From Propionibacterium freudenreichii subsp. freudenreichii (lineage in GTDB: Bacteria > Actinomycetota > Actinomycetes > Propionibacteriales > Propionibacteriaceae), in the NCBI RefSeq assembly GCF_000940845.1, contig NZ_CP010341.1, forward strand, positions 90,001-122,000: 32,000 nt of DNA. Direction: 5' to 3'. Position numbers and translations under genes: made by a program. Shown piece by piece: positions 1 to 7,368 of the stretch; positions within the stretch are counted from its first letter, which is position 1; each line of letters opens with the position of its first letter. The notes beneath the pieces were generated by a model. That model saw only the letters and a list, made by a program, of their open reading frames with translations, had not been told where the DNA came from and ran no database searches.

Positions 1-69
1 CGGTCGCGCGCGGTTCCCGGTAGTCGCGGGGGCATGTCCAGGGTGCCGTGATCCGCATCGGGGCGCACA

Positions 70-106
70 AATGGGCGCGAACTCCCCGCAGGGAGCCGCG
101 CCCATT
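70..106 (-). terminator. Stem-loop downstream of the thioredoxin-like gene (candidate intrinsic terminator)
   Basis: AATGGGCGCG (70-79) pairs with CGCGCCCATT (97-106), with an inner CTCCC/GGGAG pairing. It lies 34 nt past the stop at 140 on the minus strand. The minus-strand transcript continues with ATTTGTG, a weak U tract. Confidence 0.5.
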
Positions 107-139
107 CGCGTCGCCGAAGGCCTCGCGGGGACGGCGACG

Positions 140-556
140 TCAGGCGGCCTGTAGTTCCGCCAATGCGTCGACGAACTCGGCCTTGCGTGAGGGCCCGACG
201 AAGCGATAGCGGATGGCGCCATCGGGGTCGAGCAGGAAGACGGTGGGGGTGCGGTTGATGCCGAACTCGCGCACCAGGTCGAGGCGTTCCTCGCCGTCGA
301 TCTCCACGTGGTTCACGTCGTCACGCTGGGCGGTGAGGCCCGACAGCAACCTGCCGGTGGCCACGCACGGCGCGCACACCTTCGACGAGAACTGCACGAA
401 GGTTGCGGTGGAACCCAGCGGTGTGCCGAGCTCGGTGGGGCCCAGGGTGGGTTCGTCGAGGGCGGCCTCACGGGCCCGGCCGTCGGTGAGCTTGCGGTAG
501 CCGCCGAAGGCGAGCACCACGGCCACCGCGCCGATTGCTACCCATAGTCCTGTCAT
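140..556 (-). CDS. Membrane-anchored thioredoxin-like (TlpA/ResA-like) protein, 138 aa
   Basis: Lower part of ORF 140..739. The ATG at 556 starts MTGLWVAIGAVAVVLAFGG, an N-terminal TM anchor. A CxxC motif (SSKVCAPCV) and a cis-Pro-like RTPTVFLLD indicate a thioredoxin fold. The upstream ORF extension is Arg/Ser/Cys-rich and implausible as coding. Confidence 0.8.
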   Translation of the reverse strand: MTGLWVAIGAVAVVLAFGGYRKLTDGRAREAALDEPTLGPTELGTPLGSTATFVQFSSKVCAPCVATGRLLSGLTAQRDDVNHVEIDGEERLDLVREFGINRTPTVFLLDPDGAIRYRFVGPSRKAEFVDALAELQAA

Positions 557-560
557 GGTG

Positions 561-1070
561 TCATCCCGTCTGTGTGGCGTTGCCGGTGGAGGGCCGGGAG
601 CTGCCGAAGAGGCGCTTGCCCAGCAGGTACATCTCGCACCCGAGGCAGAACCCGAACAGCGCATTGAGGCCCGCTGCCACCAGGGCGAACGCGACGGCCA
701 CGTAGAACAGCACCGGCAGCGAGAAGACGACGCCGGCAAGTCCGGCGATGGCGAAGGCCAGTCCGACGCCCTGGGCGAAGCGGGGCGCTGCGGCGTCCTC
801 GAATTCGCTGGCCGGTGCGATGCGCGGACGCACGACGCTGCGGAAGAACAGGCCGTAGGGCTGGCGCGAGACGCCCAGCACCGCGCCCGCCGCGAAGGCG
901 AGCGTCTGGATGGCCAGCACGATCACGCCGGGCCACGGGCCGAGCACGAGGGCGGCGATGAGCAGCACCGAGGTGATCGCGGCGCCGAAGCGGGGCCCGC
1001 GCACGTCAACCTGCCCGGGGCCGGGCCGGACACGCCCGGTGAGGGGAGCGGAGGCAGCTGTTGCAGACAT
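561..1070 (-). CDS. DUF4395-family integral membrane protein, 169 aa
   Basis: Lower part of ORF 561..1376. The ATG at 1070 has GGAG 9-12 nt upstream. The protein is multi-TM and hydrophobic, with a C-terminal GFCLGCEMY motif as I recall for DUF4395. Its stop lies 4 nt before the thioredoxin-like start, so the two look like an operon. Confidence 0.7.
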   Translation of the reverse strand: MSATAASAPLTGRVRPGPGQVDVRGPRFGAAITSVLLIAALVLGPWPGVIVLAIQTLAFAAGAVLGVSRQPYGLFFRSVVRPRIAPASEFEDAAAPRFAQGVGLAFAIAGLAGVVFSLPVLFYVAVAFALVAAGLNALFGFCLGCEMYLLGKRLFGSSRPSTGNATQTG

Positions 1071-1253
1071 ATGGAAACTCCTGAAGCGGAAGGAACTGTG
1101 AAGGTGAGGGGGATTGTGAGGGGGCCGGGATCGGGGGACTGCTGGCATCGGGTCGGTCATCGTGCTGGGGCTCCCGGGTGGTGACCCCGCGGCGATCCCG
1201 CTCGGGTCTGGTGCCTCCGGGAGTCGGTCGGGGCGGGTGAATCCCTGCGCGAC

Positions 1254-1334
1254 ACCAGTTGGGGAGAACCGGTGTGGACAACCAGTTGTGTGGATCACAA
1301 GTGGGGAACCAGTGCGGGGAATCCGGTGTGAGGG
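1254..1334. repeat. Three phased 27-bp units, each starting ACCAGT
   Basis: ACCAGT occurs at 1254, 1281 and 1308, exactly 27 bp apart. Units 1 and 3 share ACCAGTnnGGG(G)AnAnCCGGTGTG. Unit 2 contains the palindrome TTGTGtggatCACAA. The array lies 185-265 bp upstream of the DUF4395 start. Confidence 0.5.
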
Positions 1335-1724
1335 CCGAGGGGTCCGTACCCGGTTCGGTAGGGGCCGGGTCCTCACGAGCGGGACCCTTCAGGAGCTGGG
1401 TGCTCCCGGGCTCTGGTCCTTCCGGAGCCGAGCGATCTCAGCGGGGTGGACGTCGCACAGGTCCGGTTGTTCCGGGTTGGTGGGTGCGTCCACGGGGATG
1501 CCAGGCGTCAACGCCGATGATTCAGCAGCGGACGGTCAGCTGGCTCAGCAACAACAGGAATGCGAAGAGTACGCAGAGCTCCGCACGGCGGCGAGGGCAA
1601 GTACCTGATGCATGTGTTGAGAGTAACACCGTGCGTTCAGTGCACCAAGGGTGATCAGCCAGCGGCTGACAGGCGCGCGAAGGGCTGCGGGTTCTTGGGG
1701 CTGCTGGTTCTTGCCGGGCGCCCA

Positions 1725-1763
1725 TGTCCACTTAGTGCTCGGTGGGGCGGGCGTCGGCCGGTC
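1725..1763. repeat. 39-bp direct repeat, copy 1
   Basis: tgtccacttagtgctcggtggggcgggcgtcggccggtc matches 1911-1949 at 37/39 positions. Confidence 0.8.
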
Positions 1764-1769
1764 AATCTG

Positions 1770-1819
1770 CTTCAGGGAGGACTTTTACGTCGTCTACCCT
1801 GCAAAAGTCCTCACTGAAG
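1770..1819. other. Extended stem-loop
   Basis: CTTCAG-g-GAGGACTTTT, a 16-nt loop, then AAAAGTCCTC-a-CTGAAG. This gives 16 bp of pairing with one symmetric bulge, and the sequence is AT-richer than its surroundings. Confidence 0.6.
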
Positions 1820-1910
1820 CTACTTCGCGCTGCGGACGCCGGGTCCTGGCTCGTTTCGCCGCCGGTTTTCCCCCTGAGTGGGCAGTTGTGCGGTAATGAC
1901 GCCGCACAGG

Positions 1911-1949
1911 TGTCCACTGAGTGCTCGGTGGGGTGGGCGTCGGCCGGTC
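1911..1949. repeat. 39-bp direct repeat, copy 2
   Basis: tgtccactgagtgctcggtggggtgggcgtcggccggtc, 186 bp downstream of copy 1. Confidence 0.8.
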
Positions 1950-1957
1950 CACAGAAG

Positions 1958-2003
1958 ATAGGTGCGGATAAAGCACTGTCTACGGTGCTCAATCCGCACC
2001 TAT
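1958..2003. other. Long perfect stem-loop
   Basis: ATAGGTGCGGAT (1958-1969) pairs perfectly with ATCCGCACCTAT (1992-2003). An inner AGCAC/GTGCT stem surrounds an 8-nt loop. Confidence 0.65.
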
Positions 2004-2040
2004 GTGTGCCCGGTGTGTGCTCGGGCCGTCCGATCATGGT

Positions 2041-2166
2041 CTGGGACGCGCACCCGCCGCGGCCGAATCGCGCCGCAGGAGTCGCCACACACCGGATCAC
2101 GGCCCGGGACGACCACCCGCCGCGGCCGAATCACACCGCAGGAGTCGCCACGCACCCGATCACGGC
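2041..2166. repeat. 63-bp tandem repeat x2 (minisatellite) immediately downstream of the acyltransferase stop
   Basis: 2041-2103 aligns to 2104-2166 at 56/63 identity with no gaps. A partial third occurrence of the ATCACGGC end motif sits at about 2172-2179. The unit length is a multiple of 3. Confidence 0.8.
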
Positions 2167-2188
2167 ACCCAATCACGGCGCACCGCAC

Positions 2189-2983
2189 CTACTCGTCGTC
2201 GCGGTGCTTCTTGTCGCGGGAACGCTTCTTCTTCTGCTCGGCCTCGATGTCCTTCTTGGCGCCCTCGATGGCGGCCAGGTGCATCATCTCGGCCTGCGTG
2301 GGCATCGAATAGGCGCGCGCCGTGGTGTCGTGCATCTCGATGATCTTGCGGCGCACCCGCTCGCTGAAGGCATGCGCGATCTCGCCGGGGTCGGCCCGCA
2401 TCGGCGAGCCGTAGACCACGTGCACGTCAGGACGCCCGGGCACCCAGCGCGCCCGGCTCGGCGGCCACGCCGCCCAGGCACCCACCAGCGCGACGGGCAC
2501 GATCGGCACATTGTGCGAGATCGCCAGCGCGGCCGTACCCGGCTTGAACCGACCCATCCCGCCAGTACGCGACCGCGTGCCCTCGGGGAAGATCAGCAGC
2601 GAGATGCCGCTCTCGAGCAGCGCCGACGCCAGGCCGCGATGGCCATGCATCGAGCCGCGGTCCACGGGGAAGGCGTTCATCAGCAGCTGCGTGCCGAAGG
2701 CCTTGTACCAGTGGTTGAAGAAATAGTCGGCGGCCGCACCGGTCGCCAGGTTCTTGGTGAGCCGCTTGGGCATCGTCAACATCACCAGGGGGCCGTCGAA
2801 ATGGCCCGAATGGTTGGGCGTCACGATGAACGGCGACTCCAGCCCGTCAAGGTGTTCCAGCCCGTGCACGTGCACCTTGATGGCGGCGTCGACGGCAGGC
2901 CTTATCAGCGCCATCCGCACCATATTGCGGGCGATGGACGCCGTCGTCGACTTGTACAGCTTCGGGTTGCGCGCGAGATCCAT
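2189..2983 (-). CDS. Lysophospholipid (1-acyl-sn-glycerol-3-phosphate) acyltransferase, PlsC family, 264 aa
   Basis: Full ORF 2189..2983. It has the acyltransferase motif I NHSGHFD (HX4D) and motif III FPEGTRS, plus a Lys/Glu-rich C-terminal tail. Confidence 0.85.
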   Translation of the reverse strand: MDLARNPKLYKSTTASIARNMVRMALIRPAVDAAIKVHVHGLEHLDGLESPFIVTPNHSGHFDGPLVMLTMPKRLTKNLATGAAADYFFNHWYKAFGTQLLMNAFPVDRGSMHGHRGLASALLESGISLLIFPEGTRSRTGGMGRFKPGTAALAISHNVPIVPVALVGAWAAWPPSRARWVPGRPDVHVVYGSPMRADPGEIAHAFSERVRRKIIEMHDTTARAYSMPTQAEMMHLAAIEGAKKDIEAEQKKKRSRDKKHRDDE

Positions 2984-3789
2984 CAGACGTCCTCCGGGCG
3001 GGGCTCGTCAGGGCCGCCGATGCGATTGTTGTCGTGCTCCGACTGCACCCAGTGCGACACCCGGCGGGGAAGGGCCAACGGCCCGTGCTGCAGCACCCAG
3101 GCGGCGAAGCGCCAGCGCAGGGTGGGCACCGACCGCACCTTGCCGCGTCGCACATCGGCCAGGGCGAGCCTGACCACCGATTTCACCGGCACCCACACCC
3201 AGTCGGGGATCCGCGGACGATCAAGGCCCGCCGCCGCATGGAATTCGGTCTTCACCCAGGCGGTGATCGTCACATTGGCGTGCACCCCCGTGCCGTCCAG
3301 ACGCGCCGCCAGGCCCTCGGTGTAGCTGTTCACCCACGCCTTGATGGCCGCATAGTTGTCGGCCGGGATGAGGGAGTTCATGCTCGAGATGTTGATGATC
3401 TCACCGCGGCCGCGCTTGACCATCTCGCGCGCCGCCGCACCCGACAGCACCAATACCGCCAGGCACATCAGGTCAAGGGCCCGCACCTGCCCCGACCAGT
3501 CGTCGCTCAGCAGGTCGTCGTGGGCGGCGAATCCGGCGTCGTTCACGAGCAGGTCGATGGGCCGGTCGGCGAAGACCTGCTCGACGCGGGCGATGTCGTC
3601 GTGGTCGGACAGGTCGGCGCTGAGCTCGTGCACCTGCACGCCGAACTTGTTGCGCACCGCACGGGCGGCCGATCCCAACCGCTGTGGGTCGCGCGCCACC
3701 AACACCAGGTCGTATCCGCGGCGGGCGAGCTCGGTGGCGAATGCATAGCCGATACCGCTGCTGCCGCCGGTGACCAGTGCAGTAGGCAT
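2983..3789 (-). CDS. Short-chain dehydrogenase/reductase (SDR), 268 aa
   Basis: Lower part of ORF 2983..3882. The ATG at 3789 starts MPTALVTGGSSGIGYA, which carries the TGxxxGxG cofactor motif. The YAAIK sequence provides the YxxxK catalytic motif. Its stop overlaps the acyltransferase start (ATGA at 2981-2985). Confidence 0.85.
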   Translation of the reverse strand: MPTALVTGGSSGIGYAFATELARRGYDLVLVARDPQRLGSAARAVRNKFGVQVHELSADLSDHDDIARVEQVFADRPIDLLVNDAGFAAHDDLLSDDWSGQVRALDLMCLAVLVLSGAAAREMVKRGRGEIINISSMNSLIPADNYAAIKAWVNSYTEGLAARLDGTGVHANVTITAWVKTEFHAAAGLDRPRIPDWVWVPVKSVVRLALADVRRGKVRSVPTLRWRFAAWVLQHGPLALPRRVSHWVQSEHDNNRIGGPDEPRPEDV

Positions 3790-3796
3790 GTTCTCC

Positions 3797-3802
3797 AATC
3801 TA
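3797..3802 (-). promoter_or_regulatory. Candidate -10 hexamer (TAGATT) for a leaderless SDR/acyltransferase transcript
   Basis: On the minus strand, TAGATT (TANNNT class) ends 7 nt before the A of the SDR ATG, and there is no usable Shine-Dalgarno spacing. Any -35 element is weak. Confidence 0.3.
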
Positions 3803-3842
3803 GCCGAGAAGCGGAGCGATTGACGTTCCACAGGAGCGCAGC

Positions 3843-3877
3843 GGACGGCCCGCCGGGTGGTGCCGGGCGGGCCGTCC
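3843..3877 (-). terminator. Stem-loop downstream of ackA
   Basis: GGACGGCCCGCC (3843-3854) pairs with GGCGGGCCGTCC (3866-3877), a 12-bp perfect GC-rich stem with an 11-nt loop. It lies 15 nt past the ackA stop and has no clear U tract. Confidence 0.55.
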
Positions 3878-3891
3878 ATCAAGCAGTGGGC

Positions 3892-5082
3892 TCAGGAAGC
3901 CAGCAGATGCTCGGTCTGCTTGGCCATGGCGAGCTCCTCGTTGGTGCGCACCACCAGTACCTTGACCTTCGACTCGGGGGCCGAAATCAGGTGCGGGGCC
4001 TTGTCGCGGGCCTCGTTCTTGGCCTCGTCGAGCACCACGCCCAGGCCGGCGAGCCGGTCGCAGACCATCTTGCGCACGAACGACGAGTTCTCGCCGACGC
4101 CCGCGGTGAAGGTGAGCGTGTCCAGGCGGCCCAGCAGTGCTGCGTAGCCGCCGATGTAGAACACCAGGCGGTGGATGTACACATTCATGCCGGTGACGGC
4201 GGCCTCGTCGCCCTTCTCGAAGGCGGCCTCGACGTCACGCATGTCGGTGTCACCGGTGAGTCCGAGCATTCCCGAGTTCTTGTTGAGCTCGGAGTCGATG
4301 CGCTCGGTGCTCCAGCCCTCGGAGCGTGCGGCGTAGGCGAACACGCCCGGGTCGATGTCACCCGAGCGGGTGCCCATCACCAGGCCGGCCAGCGGCGTGA
4401 GGCCCATCGACGTGTCAATCGGCTTGCCACCCTTGATGGCGCTGATGGACGCACCGTTGCCCAGGTGGCAGACGATCTGGTTGAGCTCGCCGAGGTCGGT
4501 GCCCACTACGGCCGGCACCTGCTGGCTCACGTACTGGTGGCTGGTGCCGTGGAAGCCGTACTTGCGGATGGCGTTGCGCTTGGCCAGGTCGCGGTCGATC
4601 GCGTAGGTGTAGGCCTCTTCGGGCAGCTGCGTGAAGAAGGCGGTGTCGAAGATGGCCACGTGGGGCACATTGCCCAGCAGCGACTGCGCTGCCCGGATGC
4701 CCTCGATCACGGCCGGATTGTGCAGGGGCGCCAGCGGCACGAGCTCCTGCATGGTCGCGATCACCTCGTCGTCGATCACCACGGGTGCGGCGAAGCGGTC
4801 GCCACCGTGCACGGCACGGTGTGCCACGGCGGTCACGTTCTTCAGGCCGGGGCCGTGGTCGTCGAACATCTTGAACACGGCCTGCAGCGCCACGGTGTGG
4901 TTGTGCAGCTGCGGGGTGATGGTCCACTCCTGGCCGTCGGTCTCGTGGGTGACGATGCCGTTGCCGGCGTCACCGATGCGCTCGACGAGGCCCTTGGCGA
5001 GCACGGTCTCCTCGTCCGGGTCGATCAGCTGGTACTTGATGGAACTGGAACCACAGTTGAGCACCAGGATGGGCTTGGCCAT
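3892..5082 (-). CDS. ackA: Acetate kinase, 396 aa
   Basis: Lower part of ORF 3892..5181. The ATG at 5082 is preceded by AAGGAGAAAC. The N-terminus MAKPILVLNCGSSSIKYQL is the canonical acetate/propionate kinase signature, and later HRAVHGG and GFHGTSH motifs are present. Confidence 0.95.
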   Translation of the reverse strand: MAKPILVLNCGSSSIKYQLIDPDEETVLAKGLVERIGDAGNGIVTHETDGQEWTITPQLHNHTVALQAVFKMFDDHGPGLKNVTAVAHRAVHGGDRFAAPVVIDDEVIATMQELVPLAPLHNPAVIEGIRAAQSLLGNVPHVAIFDTAFFTQLPEEAYTYAIDRDLAKRNAIRKYGFHGTSHQYVSQQVPAVVGTDLGELNQIVCHLGNGASISAIKGGKPIDTSMGLTPLAGLVMGTRSGDIDPGVFAYAARSEGWSTERIDSELNKNSGMLGLTGDTDMRDVEAAFEKGDEAAVTGMNVYIHRLVFYIGGYAALLGRLDTLTFTAGVGENSSFVRKMVCDRLAGLGVVLDEAKNEARDKAPHLISAPESKVKVLVVRTNEELAMAKQTEHLLAS

Positions 5083-5242
5083 GTTTCTCCTTGTCAGTGC
5101 GTATTGATGGGGCAGTGTTGGTGGGGCAGGAGGTGCGGGGTGTTGCGGGTGCGGCGGGCAGCCCGGTGTCGGGCCACCCACCGCGGGGCATGCGTGGTGC
5201 GGGCGCGTGGACGCCCATGGCGTCGCGTCCGCAGCCGCTGGA

Positions 5243-6775
5243 TCAGGCCAGCGGGCCGGTCTCGCCCTGTGCCTGGATGGCGGTCATGATGATCGTGTTG
5301 ACGATGTCGTCAACGGTCGCGCCACGCGACAGGTCGTTCACGGGACGTCGCAGTCCCTGCAGCAGCGGTCCGACGGCCACCGCGTTGGCGGTGCGCTGGG
5401 CCACCTTGTAACCGATGTTGCCCGAGTTCAGGTTGGGGAACACGAACACGGTGGCGTCGCCGGCCACCGGGTTCTCGGGCATCTTCTTCTTGCCGACGAC
5501 CGGGTCGATGGCGGCGTCGAACTGGATCGGGCCGGCCAGCTTGGCCTGCGGGTCGCGCTGGGTGGCGAGTTCGTAGCCCTCGCGCACGGCGTCAACCTCG
5601 GGGCCCTTGCCGCTGGTGCCGGTGGAGTAGCTGAGCAGTGCGATGCGCGGATCGATGCCGAACATCTTGGCGGTCTCGTTGGAGGCGATGGCGATGTCGG
5701 CCAGCTGCTCGGGGGTGGGGTCGATGGTGACGGCGCAGTCGGCGAACAGCAGCACGCGGTCGGCCAGGCTCATCAGGAAGGCGCCCGACACGGTCTTGGT
5801 GCCCGGCTTGGTCTTGATGAACTGCAGGGCCGGACGGATGGTGTTGGCGGTGGTGTGGTTGGCGCCGGACACGAGGCCGTCGGCGGCACCCATGTACACC
5901 ATCATGGTGCCGAAGTAGGCGCCGTCCTTCATGGTCTCGCGGGCCTGGTCGAGCGTGACGCCCTTCTTGGCGCGCAGCTCCGCGAACTTGGCGGCGTAGC
6001 TCTCGATGAGCTGCGGGTCGTTCATCGAGATGATCTTGGCGCCGCTCACGTCGAAGCCGTGTGCCTTGGCGTTGGCGATCACTTCGTCGCGCTCGCCGAG
6101 CAGCACGATGTTGGCGGTGCCGCGGGCGAGGGTGATGCTGGCGGCCTCGAGGATGCGCAGGTCTTCGCTCTCGGGCATCACGATGGTCTTGAGCTCGCTC
6201 TTGGCGCGGCTCATGAGCTCATAGTTGAAGTGTGCCGGGGTGCGGGTGGTCACCTTGGTGGCTGCGGCATTGGCCAGCAGCGGCTCCAGGTTGCCGTCCA
6301 GGCTGGCGGTCGGCAGGCCGTTGAGGGTGGGGGCGGCGCCGTTCGTGAATACGACGCCGGCCACGGTGGCATGTTCCTTGGCGAAGGCCGCGGTGGTGGT
6401 GCAGGCGTAGGCCGCAGCGAACTCGGGGCCCTGCGCGGCATCAACCACGAGGATCACCGGCAGCGCCAGGTCGGCGGCGAGGCTGGCGTTGAGCGCCAGC
6501 TCGGTGGGTGCGGTGGGGCCGGTGTAGTCGGTGCCCACCGCGACGACTGCTCCGTCGATGGCGGCGCAGCGCTCGAGGATGGCCGCGCGGGCGGCATCCT
6601 CGTCGTTGGTGAAGTCGGCGAAGGTGGCGCCCACCGCAGCGCCGGCCGTGTGGCTCAGCGGGGTGAAAACCGTGGTCGAGGATTCCTGGCGTCCCAGCGC
6701 CTTGGCAATAGCCTGTGCCGCGGAATTAAGGTCAACGCGGCCGTCGGGGGACGCAACAAATACAGATGTGGTCAC
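5243..6775 (-). CDS. pta: Phosphate acetyltransferase, about 510 aa
   Basis: Lower part of ORF 5243..7084. The C-terminal PTA_PTB domain is recognisable (IVMPESEDLRILEAA ... LSRGATVDDIVNT). The N-terminal VFVASPDGRVDL segment resembles the E. coli Pta N-terminal domain. The start is assigned to the GTG at 6775, which has no convincing Shine-Dalgarno, so it is uncertain. Confidence 0.85.
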   Translation of the reverse strand: MTTSVFVASPDGRVDLNSAAQAIAKALGRQESSTTVFTPLSHTAGAAVGATFADFTNDEDAARAAILERCAAIDGAVVAVGTDYTGPTAPTELALNASLAADLALPVILVVDAAQGPEFAAAYACTTTAAFAKEHATVAGVVFTNGAAPTLNGLPTASLDGNLEPLLANAAATKVTTRTPAHFNYELMSRAKSELKTIVMPESEDLRILEAASITLARGTANIVLLGERDEVIANAKAHGFDVSGAKIISMNDPQLIESYAAKFAELRAKKGVTLDQARETMKDGAYFGTMMVYMGAADGLVSGANHTTANTIRPALQFIKTKPGTKTVSGAFLMSLADRVLLFADCAVTIDPTPEQLADIAIASNETAKMFGIDPRIALLSYSTGTSGKGPEVDAVREGYELATQRDPQAKLAGPIQFDAAIDPVVGKKKMPENPVAGDATVFVFPNLNSGNIGYKVAQRTANAVAVGPLLQGLRRPVNDLSRGATVDDIVNTIIMTAIQAQGETGPLA

Positions 6776-7368
6776 AGGCTGAGAATACGCCGTCCGTGCT
6801 GCGACTGCCCGCGGTCCAGCCAGACGCGGGTTACCGGCGATGTTCCTGCAGCCTACGCCTGCCGGCGAGCAGGCTGGTGCTTCGTGACGCCCGGTGCGGT
6901 CGGGCAGGGTGCCCTTGCCGGGTGGACGCGCCCACGGTCCGCCGGGACTCACCGATCGCCCCATGGCAGATTCCAGTGGCGGAGCAGTGCCATCAGGAGA
7001 ATAACGGTGCAATTCTTCGCGCTGGGAAGAATCGCATTGTGATCCGCCGGTTCCGACGCGGGTATCTGCTTGGATTTCCTTCACGGGTGTACATCGCGGA
7101 GGATGTGGCCACGACGAACTCGTGAAGGCGGGAAATATGGCATGCCCGCAATGCGGGCGAGCATCCGCGGCTTCGCGGTGCTCGGCGCGGCGATGACAGT
7201 GATCCTGTCAATGTTCTCTGTTCAAGAGTAAATAGAAGGCGGCCGGCGGCTGCTAGGTCGGTGTAGCTGCCCGTTCTTCGGGCCGTATTGGCGTCTCGCC
7301 AGGGGGAGATCCCTCTTTGGTGATCACTTGCGCCGAAATACGCATGATCCATTGGTGGGAGGATATGA

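Noticed and set aside
1380-1720. Possible protein-coding gene or known ncRNA in the central part of the 1.1-kb spacer (ORFs 1259..1654 +, 1522..1731 -)
   Set aside because: The translations are low-complexity with no motifs or SD. I could not recognise any known RNA family (tRNA, tmRNA, RNase P, 6S, riboswitch) by eye. The region is left unassigned rather than called.
2041-2178. Possible CRISPR array (direct repeats)
   Set aside because: The repeats are directly tandem with no unique spacers, there are only about 2 units, and there are no cas genes in the window. The 39-bp repeats at 1725 and 1911 are a single pair separated by 147 bp of hairpin-rich DNA, which is not an array.
2000-2188. 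62-aa ORF encoded by the 63-bp tandem repeat (GDSCG-IRPRRV repeats)
   Set aside because: It exists only because the repeat unit is a multiple of three. It has no SD, unremarkable codon bias and no recognisable fold. It is kept only as a note under the minisatellite finding.
3034-5289. 751-aa plus-strand ORF, and similar very long antisense ORFs: 5207..7042 (+), 23905..26007 (+), 19349..20815 (-), 27685..29508 (-), 1742..3325 (+), 21083..22612 (+), 22174..23724 (+)
   Set aside because: Each lies antisense to, or out of frame with, a gene that has clear family motifs (ackA, pta, SNF2, adaptor, S-layer, PlsC/SDR, FtsX). Their translations are Arg/Gly/His/Ala-rich low-complexity sequence, typical of spurious open frames in high-GC DNA.
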